From: Hemiscyllium ocellatum
Taxonomy: Eukaryota
Assembly: GCF_020745735.1 (NCBI RefSeq)
Contig: NW_026867476.1
Span: 496,001-560,000 of the forward strand
DNA: 64,000 nucleotides
Direction of reading: 5' to 3'
Shown here: in pieces, positions 49,079-59,647 of the stretch
Layout: each line of letters begins with the position of its first letter
Position numbering within the stretch: position 1 is the stretch's first letter
Program-made: the position numbers and the translations under genes
Notes under the pieces: model-generated
The model's input: only the letters and a program-made list of their open reading frames with translations
Database searches by the model: none
Told to the model about the DNA's origin: nothing

Positions 49079-50020
49079 GACAAGTAATCACTGGATTGGA
49101 GTGTGAGGGATGCCGCACTTGACAACAGAGTTTGTTAACTCCAGTCATAAAGGATGAGCCTGGCTGACATATTGATGACAGCAATGCAGGACTGTGAAAC
49201 TGAAGCTTTTTCAGCTCGAGAACTGGAGGGGGGAAAAAACCAGAAGATAAGGAGGGTGCTTCCAGTCCGTTGAAAAAGTGATGAAAGGTACATGGATAGC
49301 GGTGGAGGTGGCAGCCTCTGTGCCTGTCCATCTCAGCTCAGTTGTTCGGGAGCTGGCTCCAACCTCCATCGTGGTTAATGCTGCCTTGGAGCACACAATC
49401 ACAATTGGGGTCCCAGTCTGCACTTTGCAGGACACCATTCCAAAGGAGTAAGCTCTGTATACTACTTTCACTGTAGAACTAAGCCATTCAAGATGGTCAT
49501 AGCTGATCACCCATATGAGTACAGCATTCTTGTTTTCTTCCTATGACTTTTGATCTCGTTAACACTAAGATCTATAATTAACACCTCCGGAAAACATTCA
49601 ATATTTTGGACTCAACCGCTTCCTGCGACAGAAACTCCATAGGCTAATCACTTGCTGTGTCAAGAACTATAGGAGGTATGGTTAGTAAGTTTGCAGATTA
49701 CACCAAACTTGGGAGGTGTAGTGGACAGAGAAGATGGTTACCTCAGAGTACAATGAGATCTCAATCATATGGGCAAATGGGCCGAGGATTGGCAGTTAGA
49801 GTTTAATTTAGATAAATGTGAGGTGTTGCACTTTGGAAAGACAAATCAGGGCAGGACTTATAAACTTAATGGGAAGGTTTTTGGGAGTGTTGCTGAACAA
49901 AGAGACCTTGGGGTGCAGGTTCATTGTTCCTTGAAAGTGGAGCCATTGTTAGACAGGGTAGTGAAGGAGGCATTTGGAATGCTTGCCTTTACTGATCAGC
50001 GCACTCAGTACAAGAGAAAA

Positions 50021-52250
50021 TGAGGACTGCAGATGCTGGCGAGGCAGAGTCAAAAAGGGTGGTGCTGGAAAAGCGTAACAGGTCAGGCAGCATCCAAGGA
50101 GCAGGAGAGTCGACATTTCCTGCATCACCCCTTCATCAGGAATGTGGAGGGTGAAGGAGCTGAGAGATAAATAAGAGGGTGGGGGGTAAGGTAGGTGGGA
50201 AGGCGATAGGTGAATGCAGGTGGGAGTTAACTGCGATAAGTCAGTGGGGAGGGTGAAGTGGATAGGTGGGAAGGAAGATCGACAGGTAGGACAGGCCAAG
50301 GGGGCGGTGCCAAGTTGCAGGGTTGGATCCGGGAAGTGGTGGGGGGGGGGGGGGGGGGGGGGGGGGCGAGATTTGGAAACTGGTGAGGTCGATCGATGCT
50401 GATGCCTTGTGGTTGGAGGATCCTAAGGCGGAAGATGAGGCGTTTTTCCTCCAGTTGGCAGGTGGCTTTGATTTGACGGTGGAGGCGGCCCAGGGCTTGC
50501 ATGCCCTTGGCAGAGTGGGAGGGGGGAGTTGACGTTGTTGGCCACAGGTGGGGTTGTTTGGTGTTTGTGTCCCAAAGGTGTTCCCTGAAACATTCCGCGA
50601 GTTGGCGCCCTGTCTCCCTGATGTAAAGGAGACCACATCGAGAGCTACAGACACAGTAGATGAGATGGATGTATGTGCAGGAAAATCTCTACTGGATGTG
50701 AAAAGATCATTTGGGGCCTAGGATGTGGGCGCAGGTTTTACACCTTGCGTGGCAGTTAGGTGCTGAGTGTGGAGGGTGGTTTGATGGAGGGGTGTGAACC
50801 TAACAAGGGGAGTTGCCGGGAAAACGGTCTCTGAGGAATGCAAATAACGGTGGGGAGGGAAATATATCCTTGGTGGTGGCATCTGATTCTAGGTGGTGGA
50901 AATGGTGGACAAGAATGTGCTGTATACAGAGAAGAGTGGGGTGGAAGGTGGAGGGTTCTATCCTAGTTGTGGTTGGCTGGGGGAGTTCGAGGGCAGAGTT
51001 GCGGGAAGTGAAGGAGATATGCTACTGGCGGGTATTGGAGGGATCATGTAGGAGGGAAACTTCGGTCCCTGAATTAGCAGGACATCTGGAATGTCCTAGA
51101 GTGGAATTCCAATGGAAGCAGAGGAATTGGGAATAAGGAATCACATTTTTACAGAAGGGGGGAGGGTGGAAGGAGGTGTAGTCAAGGTGACTGTGGGAGT
51201 CAGCGGGTTTGAAATCGATGTCCATGTTGAGTCGGTGACCGGAGATGTCCAGGAAGGGGAGGGAGATCTCTGAAATGGACCACGGTGAACTCAAGGTCAG
51301 AGTGGAAGGTGTTGGTGAAGTTGATGATCTGTTCAACCTCCTTGTGGGAGCACGAAGCGGTGCCAACACAGTCATCGATGCAGCCAAGGAAAAGGCGGAG
51401 GATGCTGCCAAAGTAACTGTAGAAGAGGCAGGCGTAGCTGGGTCCCTCACAGGTGCCCATGGTTGCCTCTTTGGTCTGAAGGAAGTGGGAGGATTTGAAG
51501 GAGAAGCTGTTGAGGGGGAGGACCAGTTCCGCCAATTGAATGAGTATATCGGTGGAGGGGTACTGATTGTTTCTTCCTCTCCTGCCAAGCCAGAGGGCTT
51601 GGAGGTCTTCGTCATGGTGGTTGGACATGTATCGGACATGGATATCCATGGTGAAGATGAGGACCGGAGAATCTAAAGTCATGGAGCATGTGGGTGGTGT
51701 CCCGAACATATGTGGGGACGTGCTGGACCAAGGGAGACAGGATGGAGTCGAACTATAAGGAGATGAGTTCATTGGGGCAGGAGCAGAGGGAGACAATAGG
51801 TCGACCGGGGAAGTCAGGTTTGTGGATTTTGGCTAAGAGGTAAAAACAGGGCAGTGCAGGGTTGGGGAGGTTGGAGGCTGTGGATGGGAAATCCCCTGAC
51901 GTGACGAGGTTGTGAATTTGGTGATGAGAGGTAGGGTCGTGGTTGAGGGAGCAGTAGGAGGAGGTGCCTGTGGGTTGGTGTGCCAAACTACCACAGCGCC
52001 CTCTCCCCCCCTTTTCTGCTGGTTTGATAGTGAAGTCGGGGTTGGAGCAGAAGGAGTGGAGGGCTGCATGTGAAAGGTTGCAGTGAGTGAGCGGGGTAGA
52101 CAGGTTGAGGCAGTCAATGTCACAATGGCAGTTGGAGACAGAGAGGTCAAGAAAGGTAAGAGGCCAGCATGGATGGAGTATGTTGGAGGTGGGAGAAGGG
52201 GTCTTCAGAGGGTGGGTGGAAGCCTGACAGAGGTGGAGGAAAAAAAGTTC
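50021..52250 (-). mobile_element. Degenerate Penelope-like element (RT plus GIY-YIG remnants)
   Basis: ORFs 51200-51796 (SSHFLQTKEATMG...GPSYACLF...GCIDDC), 51753-52265 (IKPAEKGG, FYLLAKIHKPDFPGRPIVS) and 50227-50502 (LEEKRLIFRLRILQPQG); internal G26 run at 50341-50366. Confidence 0.88.
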
Positions 52251-52538
52251 AATGTCACAATGCATAGAAAATTCGTTGACCCAGGGGTATATTGGGATGA
52301 GGGGTGAGAATAGGAGTTAGGAGGTCATGCTGCAGCTACAGAAGACACTGTTTAGGCCACGTTTCGAACACTGCATTCAATTCTGGTCTTCCTGCTGTAG
52401 AGAAAATGTTGTGAAACTTGAAAGGGTTCAAAAAAGATTTACAATGGTGTTGCCAGGGTTGGAGAGGTTGAGAGAGAGGGAAAAGCTAAAGGGCTGAGGC
52501 TATTTTCACTGGAGCATCGGAGGCTGAGGGGTGACCTT

Positions 52539-52834
52539 TAGATTAGATTCCCTACAGTGTGGAAACAGGCCATGTGGCGCAGCAGGTCCACAATGACTCT
52601 CTGAAGAGGAACCCACCCAGACCCATTTACCCTCTGACTAATGCACCTAATGGGCAATTTAGCGTGGCCAATTCACCAAACCTAACTGCAGGAGGAAACC
52701 GGAGCACCCGGGGGAAACCCACGCAGACACGGGGAGAATGTGCAAACTCCTCACAGACAGTAGCCCGAGGCTGGAATCGAACCTGGGTCCCTGGTGCTGT
52801 GAGGCAGCTGTGCTAGCGAATGAGCCATCATGCC
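52539..52834 (-). mobile_element. HE1 SINE nested in CR1 with gacctt direct repeats
   Basis: gacctt at 52533-52538 and 52835-52840 flanks the SINE. Confidence 0.88.
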
Positions 52835-53419
52835 GACCTTATTGAGGCTCACGAGAGGCATATATAGGGTGAGTAACCAAGGTCTTTTTTTCCCCAGGGT
52901 AGGGGAGTCCAAAACTAGAGGGCATAGGTTTCAGGCGAGAGGGGAAAGATTTGAAAAGGGAGTTAAGTGGCAACTTTTTCACGCAGAAGCTGCTGCTGTG
53001 TATGGAACAAACTACAAGAGGAGGTGATCGAGGCTGATACAATTAGAACATTTAGAAGGCATACATGAACGGGTAGGATTTAGCGGGATATGGGCCAAAT
53101 GCTGGCAAACGGGACAAGATTATTTTCGGATAAGTGGTTGGCATGGACGATTCGGACCGAAGCGTCTGTTTCCGTGTTGTACATCTCGGTGACCCTAAAT
53201 TTCCTCTCATCGCTGTCCCAAACAGCCGACGCCTTGTATCCTTAAACTTTTTACCTGGTCTGGATTCCCAGTCATTGGCAACTTTCATTGTGCTTTTACT
53301 ATCCAAAATCCAAACCAAAGGTCATGTCAAAATCTGACAGAGTTATTTGGAGAATGATTTTCTGTTCCATCTGAAAGAAAAGATTTTACACCTCAATGCG
53401 AAGGGAACAACAGATAAGG

Positions 53420-53724
53420 TTAGATTGCCTACAGTGTGGAAACAGGCCCTTCGGCCCAACAAGTCCACACCGACCCTCCGAAGAGTAACCCACACAGACC
53501 CATTTACCTTCTGACTAATGCACCTCACACCAGGGGCAATTTAGCACGGCCAATTCACCTGACCTGCACATCATTGTGATTGATCGGGGGGAAACCGGAG
53601 CACCCGGAGGAAACCCACGCAGACACTATGAGAACGTGCAAACGGCCACGGTCACCCGAGGCTGGAATCGAACCTGGGTCCCGGCGCTGTGAGGCAGCAG
53701 TGCTAACCACTGAGCCACCGGGCC
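53420..53724 (-). mobile_element. HE1 SINE
   Basis: Tail ttagattgcctacagtgtggaaacaggccc through head tgctaaccactgagccaccg. Confidence 0.9.
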
Positions 53725-54686
53725 GTTAAGTTGATACGGACACAAACCTAAGAAAATGTGTCCCAGTGCACTTACTGCGCTAAGCAATTAGGCAGTATTA
53801 TGAATAAACACAGAAATTACTGGAAAAGCTCAGCTGATCTGGCAGCATTTGGGGAGAGAAAGCAGAGTTAAGGTCTCTGGTCCAGTGACCCCTCCTCAGA
53901 AACGGACTTAACATAAACTCTGATTTCTGATGCTGAACTTTCCTGCAATTTGTGCTGGTTCCCGATTGGCAGCAGCATCATCCAGTCCTTTCAATTCTTA
54001 CACAGCATTACGATCCTGGTAAATATCAATAGCATCTTTTAACACAGACAAACATGAAATTTACTATTAAATATGATAAAGCAGCTACAAGATTCCATGG
54101 GTTTAAACCAATGTGTTTCTTTTTAACTATACACAAGAACCAATAAGGCAAACACTAAATATCCCTCAATAATTAAAAAAAACACTAAGAATTAGCATCT
54201 GGTAAACACATTAACAGGCAAATCGTGGTCAGTTACAAACTAAGTTACCCATTGAATGGCAGATACAACAGAGTCAATGTATTGGCCCAACGGTCCATTC
54301 AGATTTTAGTGAGCATTCTCAGTCACAAGGTCCTTGAAATGGTGTCTTCCTCAGGATCTAAAGGGATATGGACCAAATGCTGGCTAGATTAATTCAGGAT
54401 ATCTGGTTGGCATGGACGAGTTGGACCCAAGGGTCTGTTCCTGGGCTGTCTGTCTCTCTGACCCCAGTAGAAATTTAAGCTCCTCTTCTTCTCGGAACCG
54501 GCCTGACCTCCGGCCAACAACGGCACAAATCCGATCGGAGTTGCGTGGGTGGCACCATAACAGCACACCTCTGCAGAATCTGCTTAGGTCAGGCTGGATG
54601 GGCACACACAGTCGACCAGTTATCTTGGAAAAGCAGCAACTCAGTCTCTTTAGTTACCTCCAGACTTTTCTTAAAGCTTCCTCAGC

Positions 54687-54969
54687 GGGCAGCACGGTGG
54701 CACAGTGGTTAGCACTGCTGTCTCACAGCGCCAGGGACCTGGGTTCAATTCCCGCCTCAGGTGACTGACTGTGTGGAGTTTGCACGTTCTCCCCGTGTCT
54801 GCGTGGGTTTCCTCCCACAGTCCAAAGATGTGTGGGTCAGGGGAATTAGCCATGCTAAATTGCCAGTAGTGTTCGGTAAGGGGTATGTGTGGGTGGGTTG
54901 CGCTTCGGCGGGTCGGTGTGGACTTGTTGGGCCGAAGGGCCTGTTTCCACACTGTAAGTAATCTAATCT
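54687..54969 (+). mobile_element. HE1 SINE
   Basis: gggcagcacggtggcacagtggttagcactg head and gtaagtaatctaatct tail. Confidence 0.92.
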
Positions 54970-55239
54970 TTCCCATTTCAATTGATTCAACAACTTTTTT
55001 GTTTAAAAATTCACTCATTGTTATATGGGCTTCATTGGCTGGGTCAGCATTTGTTTTTGTTCGATTTATTGTTGTCACATGTACCTTGGTACAGTGAAGA
55101 GCTTTGTTTTGTGTGCAGGACAGGTAGACTGCACCGTACAAAATGCATTAGAGTCATAGAGCACGGTAAGGAATACAATGCCATGACTGCAGTGAAGGTG
55201 CGCAGTGAGATCAACATTAAATTGAAATTTCGAAAGGTC

Positions 55240-55960
55240 CATTTATTGCTCGTCAGAAAACGACGGTGAGCTGTCTTTTTGACCTGTCGTAGTCAATTCT
55301 GGAGTGTGTATTAACCCATAATGCTCATCAGGGAGGAGCTCCAGGACTTTGACCCAGCGACACTGAAGCATGGGGAGCGGCTTGGATGGGGAACTTGCAG
55401 GTGTGGCGTACTGGATGACCGCGTCCTTCCAGGTAATCGTCACCGTGGGTTTGGAAGGTGCTGTTTAAGGAGCCTGGGGGAAATTTAGGTAGTGCATCTT
55501 GCACACACTGCTGCTGTTGGTGCGCCAGTGGAGTGAATGGGACGTGGTGCCAATCAAGCAAGACATTTTGTCCTACATGGTACAAGCCTCTTCAGTGTTG
55601 GTGGAGCTGCGTACACGCAGAAAAGTGAAGAGTATTCCATTACACTCCTGAAATACGCCTTGTAGATCGCGGACAAGCTGTGGAGAACCAGTAAGTTACT
55701 CACTGCAGGATTCCCAGCCTCTGGCCAGCTCCCATACATCTAGGGCAAGTCCATTTTTAATGTCTGGTCAATGGTAATTCCTGACATCGCAACAGTGGGG
55801 GAATTCAGCAAGTCTTTGCACGCAATGTTCAGATTGTCTCTTGTCGTAGATGGTCACTGCCAGGCATTTATGTGGCACAAATGTTACTTGTCACTTATCA
55901 TCCCAAGCAGAGATATTGTCTGCATTTGGATATGGACAGCTTTTAGAGACCTTAGGAAAA
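55240..55960 (-). mobile_element. LINE ORF2 3' fragment (CR1/L2-group)
   Basis: ORF 55554-55739 LSAIYKAYFRSVMEYSSLF...AAPPTLKRL, same family as 35630-36030. Confidence 0.65.
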
Positions 55961-56099
55961 AGAATAGGCACACTGTATTTAACACAAAACTGATGAGAGG
56001 AAACGTGATCCAGAAAACGAACACCCGCACCTGGGGCTGGAGTTCCTTCAAAACAGCAGAAATAAACCCCAATAACATAATTCACAGCATGTGGCTCAA

Positions 56100-56670
56100 T
56101 TGGGCAGCACATTGGCTCAGTGATTAGCACCGCTGCCTCACGACGCTAGAGACCCAGGTTCGACTCCAGTCTCGGGCGACTGTCTGTGTGCAGTTTGCAC
56201 GTCCCCCCATGTCTGCGCGGGTTTCCTCCCACAGTCCATAGATGTGCGGATTAAGGTGGATTGGCTATGCTATAGTGCCCAGGGATGTGCAGGTTAGGGT
56301 GGATTGGCTACGCTAAATTACCCATAATGCCCAGAGATGTGCAGATTAGGGTGGATTGGCCAGGCTAAATTGCGCATAGTACCCAGGGATGTGCAGGTTA
56401 GGGTGGACTGGCTGTGCTAAATTGCCCATAGTACCCAGGGATGTGCAGATTAGGGTGGACTGGCCGTGCTAAATTGCCCATTGTGCCAAGGGATGTGCAG
56501 GTTAGGGTGAATTGGCCAGGCTAAATTGCCCACAGTACCCAGGGATGTGCAGGTTAGGGTGGATTACCCACAGTAAATGCAGGGTTAGATTTAGGGGATG
56601 GGTCTGGTGGGATGCTCTTTGGACGGTCAGTATGGGCTAAATGGCCTGCTTGCACACTGTTGGGATTCTA
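56100..56670 (+). mobile_element. HE1-like SINE containing an internal 52-bp tandem array
   Basis: tRNA-like head at ~56100; units start at 56281, 56333, 56385, 56437, 56489 and 56541 (exact period 52). Confidence 0.85.
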
Positions 56671-56958
56671 AGATAATTCAGTCCTGGATGTGACTAAGAG
56701 CAAAGTGCAAATCGCTGTTTGTCTTTTTTATCGTGAGCGTGCTAGTGTCTCAGATGTGATGACTGAGTGAATCCCATCCAAAACAATGAGCAAGTGAAGC
56801 GTCTCTCTTCAGTGTGAGCTCGCTGGTGCATCAATTAAGTAAATTCTCTCCCACATTCAGAGCAGGAGCCCAGTGTGAATACTCTGGTGGGTTGGATGAA
56901 TCAGTGGATCCGTTCCCACGCACGGAGCAGGCTAATAGCTTTCCAACTCACGGGTAGG

Positions 56959-57720
56959 TCAGGAGGTGGGCTGACTCAGCGACTCCCCTCCCACAAACAG
57001 AGCAGCGGAGCGCATCCTGCCCATGTGAGCTCGCTGGTGACTCAGCACATCAGACGAGCGGCGAAACCGCTTTTCGCACTTGGAGCAGCTGAACGGCCTC
57101 TCTCCAGTGTGGCGTCGCTGGTGAGCCAGCAGGTTGGACGTGTGAGTGAATCCCTTCCCACACTCGGAGCAGATGAAGGGCTTCTCCCCAGTGTGACTGC
57201 GTTGGTGAGTCAGCAGGTCCCTGGTGCTTTTAAAGCTGGAGTCACAGTCGGAACATTGAAAGGGTCGCTTATTGGTGTGAATAAGTTGGTGTGACGTCAG
57301 GTTGGTTAAACAAGTGAATCCTTTGCCGCACACAGGGCAGGTGAACGGCCGGTCCCCTGTGTGAATGCGGAGATGCTCAGTGAGGTTGGACGACCGTCCG
57401 AATCTCTTCCCGCAGTGAGAGCAACTGAACGGCCTCTCCCCGGTGTGGACTCGCTGGTGCTCAGTGAGGGTGGATGACTTGGCGAAACCCTTCCCACACA
57501 CAGAGCAGGTGAACGGTCGAGCCCCAGTGTGAACCCGCTGATGTGACAGCAGAGTGGAGAGCTGAGTGAACCCCTTCCCGCAGTCGGAGCAGGTGAACGG
57601 CCTCTCCCCGGTGTGACTACGTCGGTGAGCCTCCAGCTTGGACGGGTAACTGAATCCCTTCCCGCAGTCCCCACATTTCCACGGCTTCTCTGTAGCGCCC
57701 GTGTCCTTTTGCCTTTCCAT
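56959..57720 (-). CDS. C2H2 zinc-finger protein, 8 intact fingers followed by a frameshifted tail
   Basis: Open 253-aa ORF with 8 C2H2 units; degenerate fingers continue out of frame to ~56740. Confidence 0.88.
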   Translation of the reverse strand: MERQKDTGATEKPWKCGDCGKGFSYPSKLEAHRRSHTGERPFTCSDCGKGFTQLSTLLSHQRVHTGARPFTCSVCGKGFAKSSTLTEHQRVHTGERPFSCSHCGKRFGRSSNLTEHLRIHTGDRPFTCPVCGKGFTCLTNLTSHQLIHTNKRPFQCSDCDSSFKSTRDLLTHQRSHTGEKPFICSECGKGFTHTSNLLAHQRRHTGERPFSCSKCEKRFRRSSDVLSHQRAHMGRMRSAALFVGGESLSQPTS

Positions 57721-58199
57721 GTTAGATAATCGAATTGAACACTCGTCTACAATGCAGCAGTTCTTCCGCTGTGATGATTTTCATCAGTTGATGAAAGTTC
57801 TTTTCACCGTCAGTGCTGGGTGTGAGAGTCTTGACGATTCGCCTGGTGCGCTGGTTTCCTCTAAGAAGAGCCAGAAGGATATTTCTACTTCCAGAAAGTT
57901 CCAAGATTATTGGGTCCAGGTGAATGTCGGTCTGAGATGCAAAGTTCGAGTTGAATTTTCCATGTATAAGATGTTCCTTTTCAAAAATCAACAAAATAAG
58001 GGTTTTTTTTACAAAAGTCGTCTGTCCAGGAATAATAACACTTGAGCATTTTAGTTCAGAAGCAACAAGGTTTTTTTTTGTTCACTTGCTCGCAAACATC
58101 CGCAAATTGGTCCCAAAGACAGTCCACCTTTGAACATTTGCTCTCACTTGAGTTGGCTCTTTGGGAATCCACCCGCCCCCAACGCACTTTGCCCCCAAC

Positions 58200-58790
58200 A
58201 AAGATGGCTGCCCCAGCAAACGCTTCGTTGACCAGCGCCCCCGACAAAGATGGCGACGCTCAGCCCGGGCCCAGCCCCGCTCAAGGCCCGCGCAGCCGGT
58301 CCACCGGGAGGGTCCGAACAGGGGAAAGTGAGCCCCTGACCCACATCTACACGACTGCCTCAAACCGTTTACGAAACCCGCACGGTTCGCGGTCACGTTC
58401 CAGTCGACCCTCGGCTCGCCGCCCGCCGTCCCCCTTTTCTCCTTCAGCAGCCGCACTCCCCCAGCGCTGCGTGGTCACCGCGATACTGCGCGTGCGCCAG
58501 GTCCGGGTCACGTGCACACGCCAGGTCCCGCCCCCTCCATACGTTCCCATTGGTTAGAGAGGACCGGGAGGTTGGTCCTCCAGCCGCGTCCCCTGCTCTC
58601 TATTGGCCCGCAGCTGCAGTCAGTCAACCTGGTACGGCCCCCTCGCTCCGATTGGTTAGAGGATCACACTCGAACGTGGAGGGCGGAGTTAGAGCGTCGT
58701 CCTCTCTTCCTATTGGCCAGGACGTGCCGTCAATCAATCGGACCCCACCCCGGCACCCACTGAGACCTGGAGCATGCGCAAATCGTGCCA
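58200..58790 (-). promoter_or_regulatory. CpG island / multi-CCAAT promoter of ZNF gene 2
   Basis: High CpG content; attgg at 58549, 58602, 58651 and 58712 (CCAAT on the minus strand); GC boxes at 58527 and 58681. Confidence 0.7.
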
Positions 58791-59611
58791 CCATTTATTG
58801 CCTATTTCTTATTGTCCATGAGGTGGTGTGGTCCATATGCTGCAGGTCAATGCACTTTGATCCAACAACACTGAAGGAATTTTTAAACTTATCTGTTAAT
58901 GTTTCTACACAACAGTGAGTAAGAGTGGGTTCTTTCCTGATTATATGTTCTATTGAGATCTCTCTCTTGATTAAACTGTAACAATGTGAACAATAATTAT
59001 TAAATTAGCCTGGGGTAGTGTTTTTTGAGCAATAAGACGGTGCTATTTCCTCAGTCCATAGATTGTGAAGGAACACAAACCAGCCTTCAGTAGAGTGATA
59101 TGGTCTTCTCGTTGGGCGTGGGAAGTTAGAGAGAGGTTACGCGTTACTGAGGATTATGTCTGCAATAAATGACTTTGATTGTGAATCCTATCAGATTGAG
59201 TGGATCAGTTGGAGCAACAGTTAGAGGCAATGAGGAACTTGCAAGAGCAAGGGGACGTGATGGATGGCAGTCATAGGAAAGGAGAAAAGCTGCAGATACA
59301 GTCAGGTGGATGACTTAACTCCAGGTAAGATGGGAGAGGTAGTCAGGTAGTGCAGGAGTCTTTTGTGGCTATCCCCATTTCAAACATGTTTCGAAGTTTT
59401 AGCGGGTGATGGACACTCAGGGGAATGTAGCATGAACAGCCAAGTTTCTGGTATCAAGACAGGCTTGAGTGGAATGAGGGGTATGTCAGATTCCAAGTGA
59501 TCGATTGTGTTAGGAGGCTAAAAAATGAGGTCTGCAGATGCTGGAGATCACAGCTGCAAATGTGTTGCTGGTCAAAGCACAGCAGGCCAGGCAGCATCTC
59601 AGGAATAGAGA

Positions 59612-59647
59612 ATTCGACGTTTCGAGCATAAGCCCTTCATCAGGAAT
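59612..59647 (-). ncRNA. Minimal type I hammerhead ribozyme motif in Penelope terminus
   Basis: Minus strand AUUC-CUGAUGA-A-GGGC-UUAU-GCUC-GAAA-C-GUC-GAAU. Confidence 0.7.

Larger units (their letters stand above)
49660..53190 (+). mobile_element. CR1 LINE 3' half split by a Penelope insertion (50021-52250) and an HE1 insertion (52539-52834)
   Basis: ORF 49769 (WAEDWQLEFNLDKCEVLHFG) resumes after ~52290 (ggaggtcatgctgcagct...cactgcattcaattctgg) and after 52840. Confidence 0.8.

Noticed and set aside
56281-56565. CRISPR-like regular repeat array
   Set aside because: Contiguous 52-bp units without unique spacers, inside a SINE in a vertebrate genome; no cas genes.
56875-57294. Antisense or alternative-frame ORFs over ZNF and Penelope ORFs (e.g. 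44990-45415, 59947-60546, 61238-61837)
   Set aside because: Shadows of repetitive or GC-skewed coding sequence on the other strand or frame.
58042-58557. 171-aa Pro/Ser/Arg-rich ORF
   Set aside because: Lies in the CpG island opposite the ZNF 5' region; stop-poor GC-rich sequence explains the open frame.
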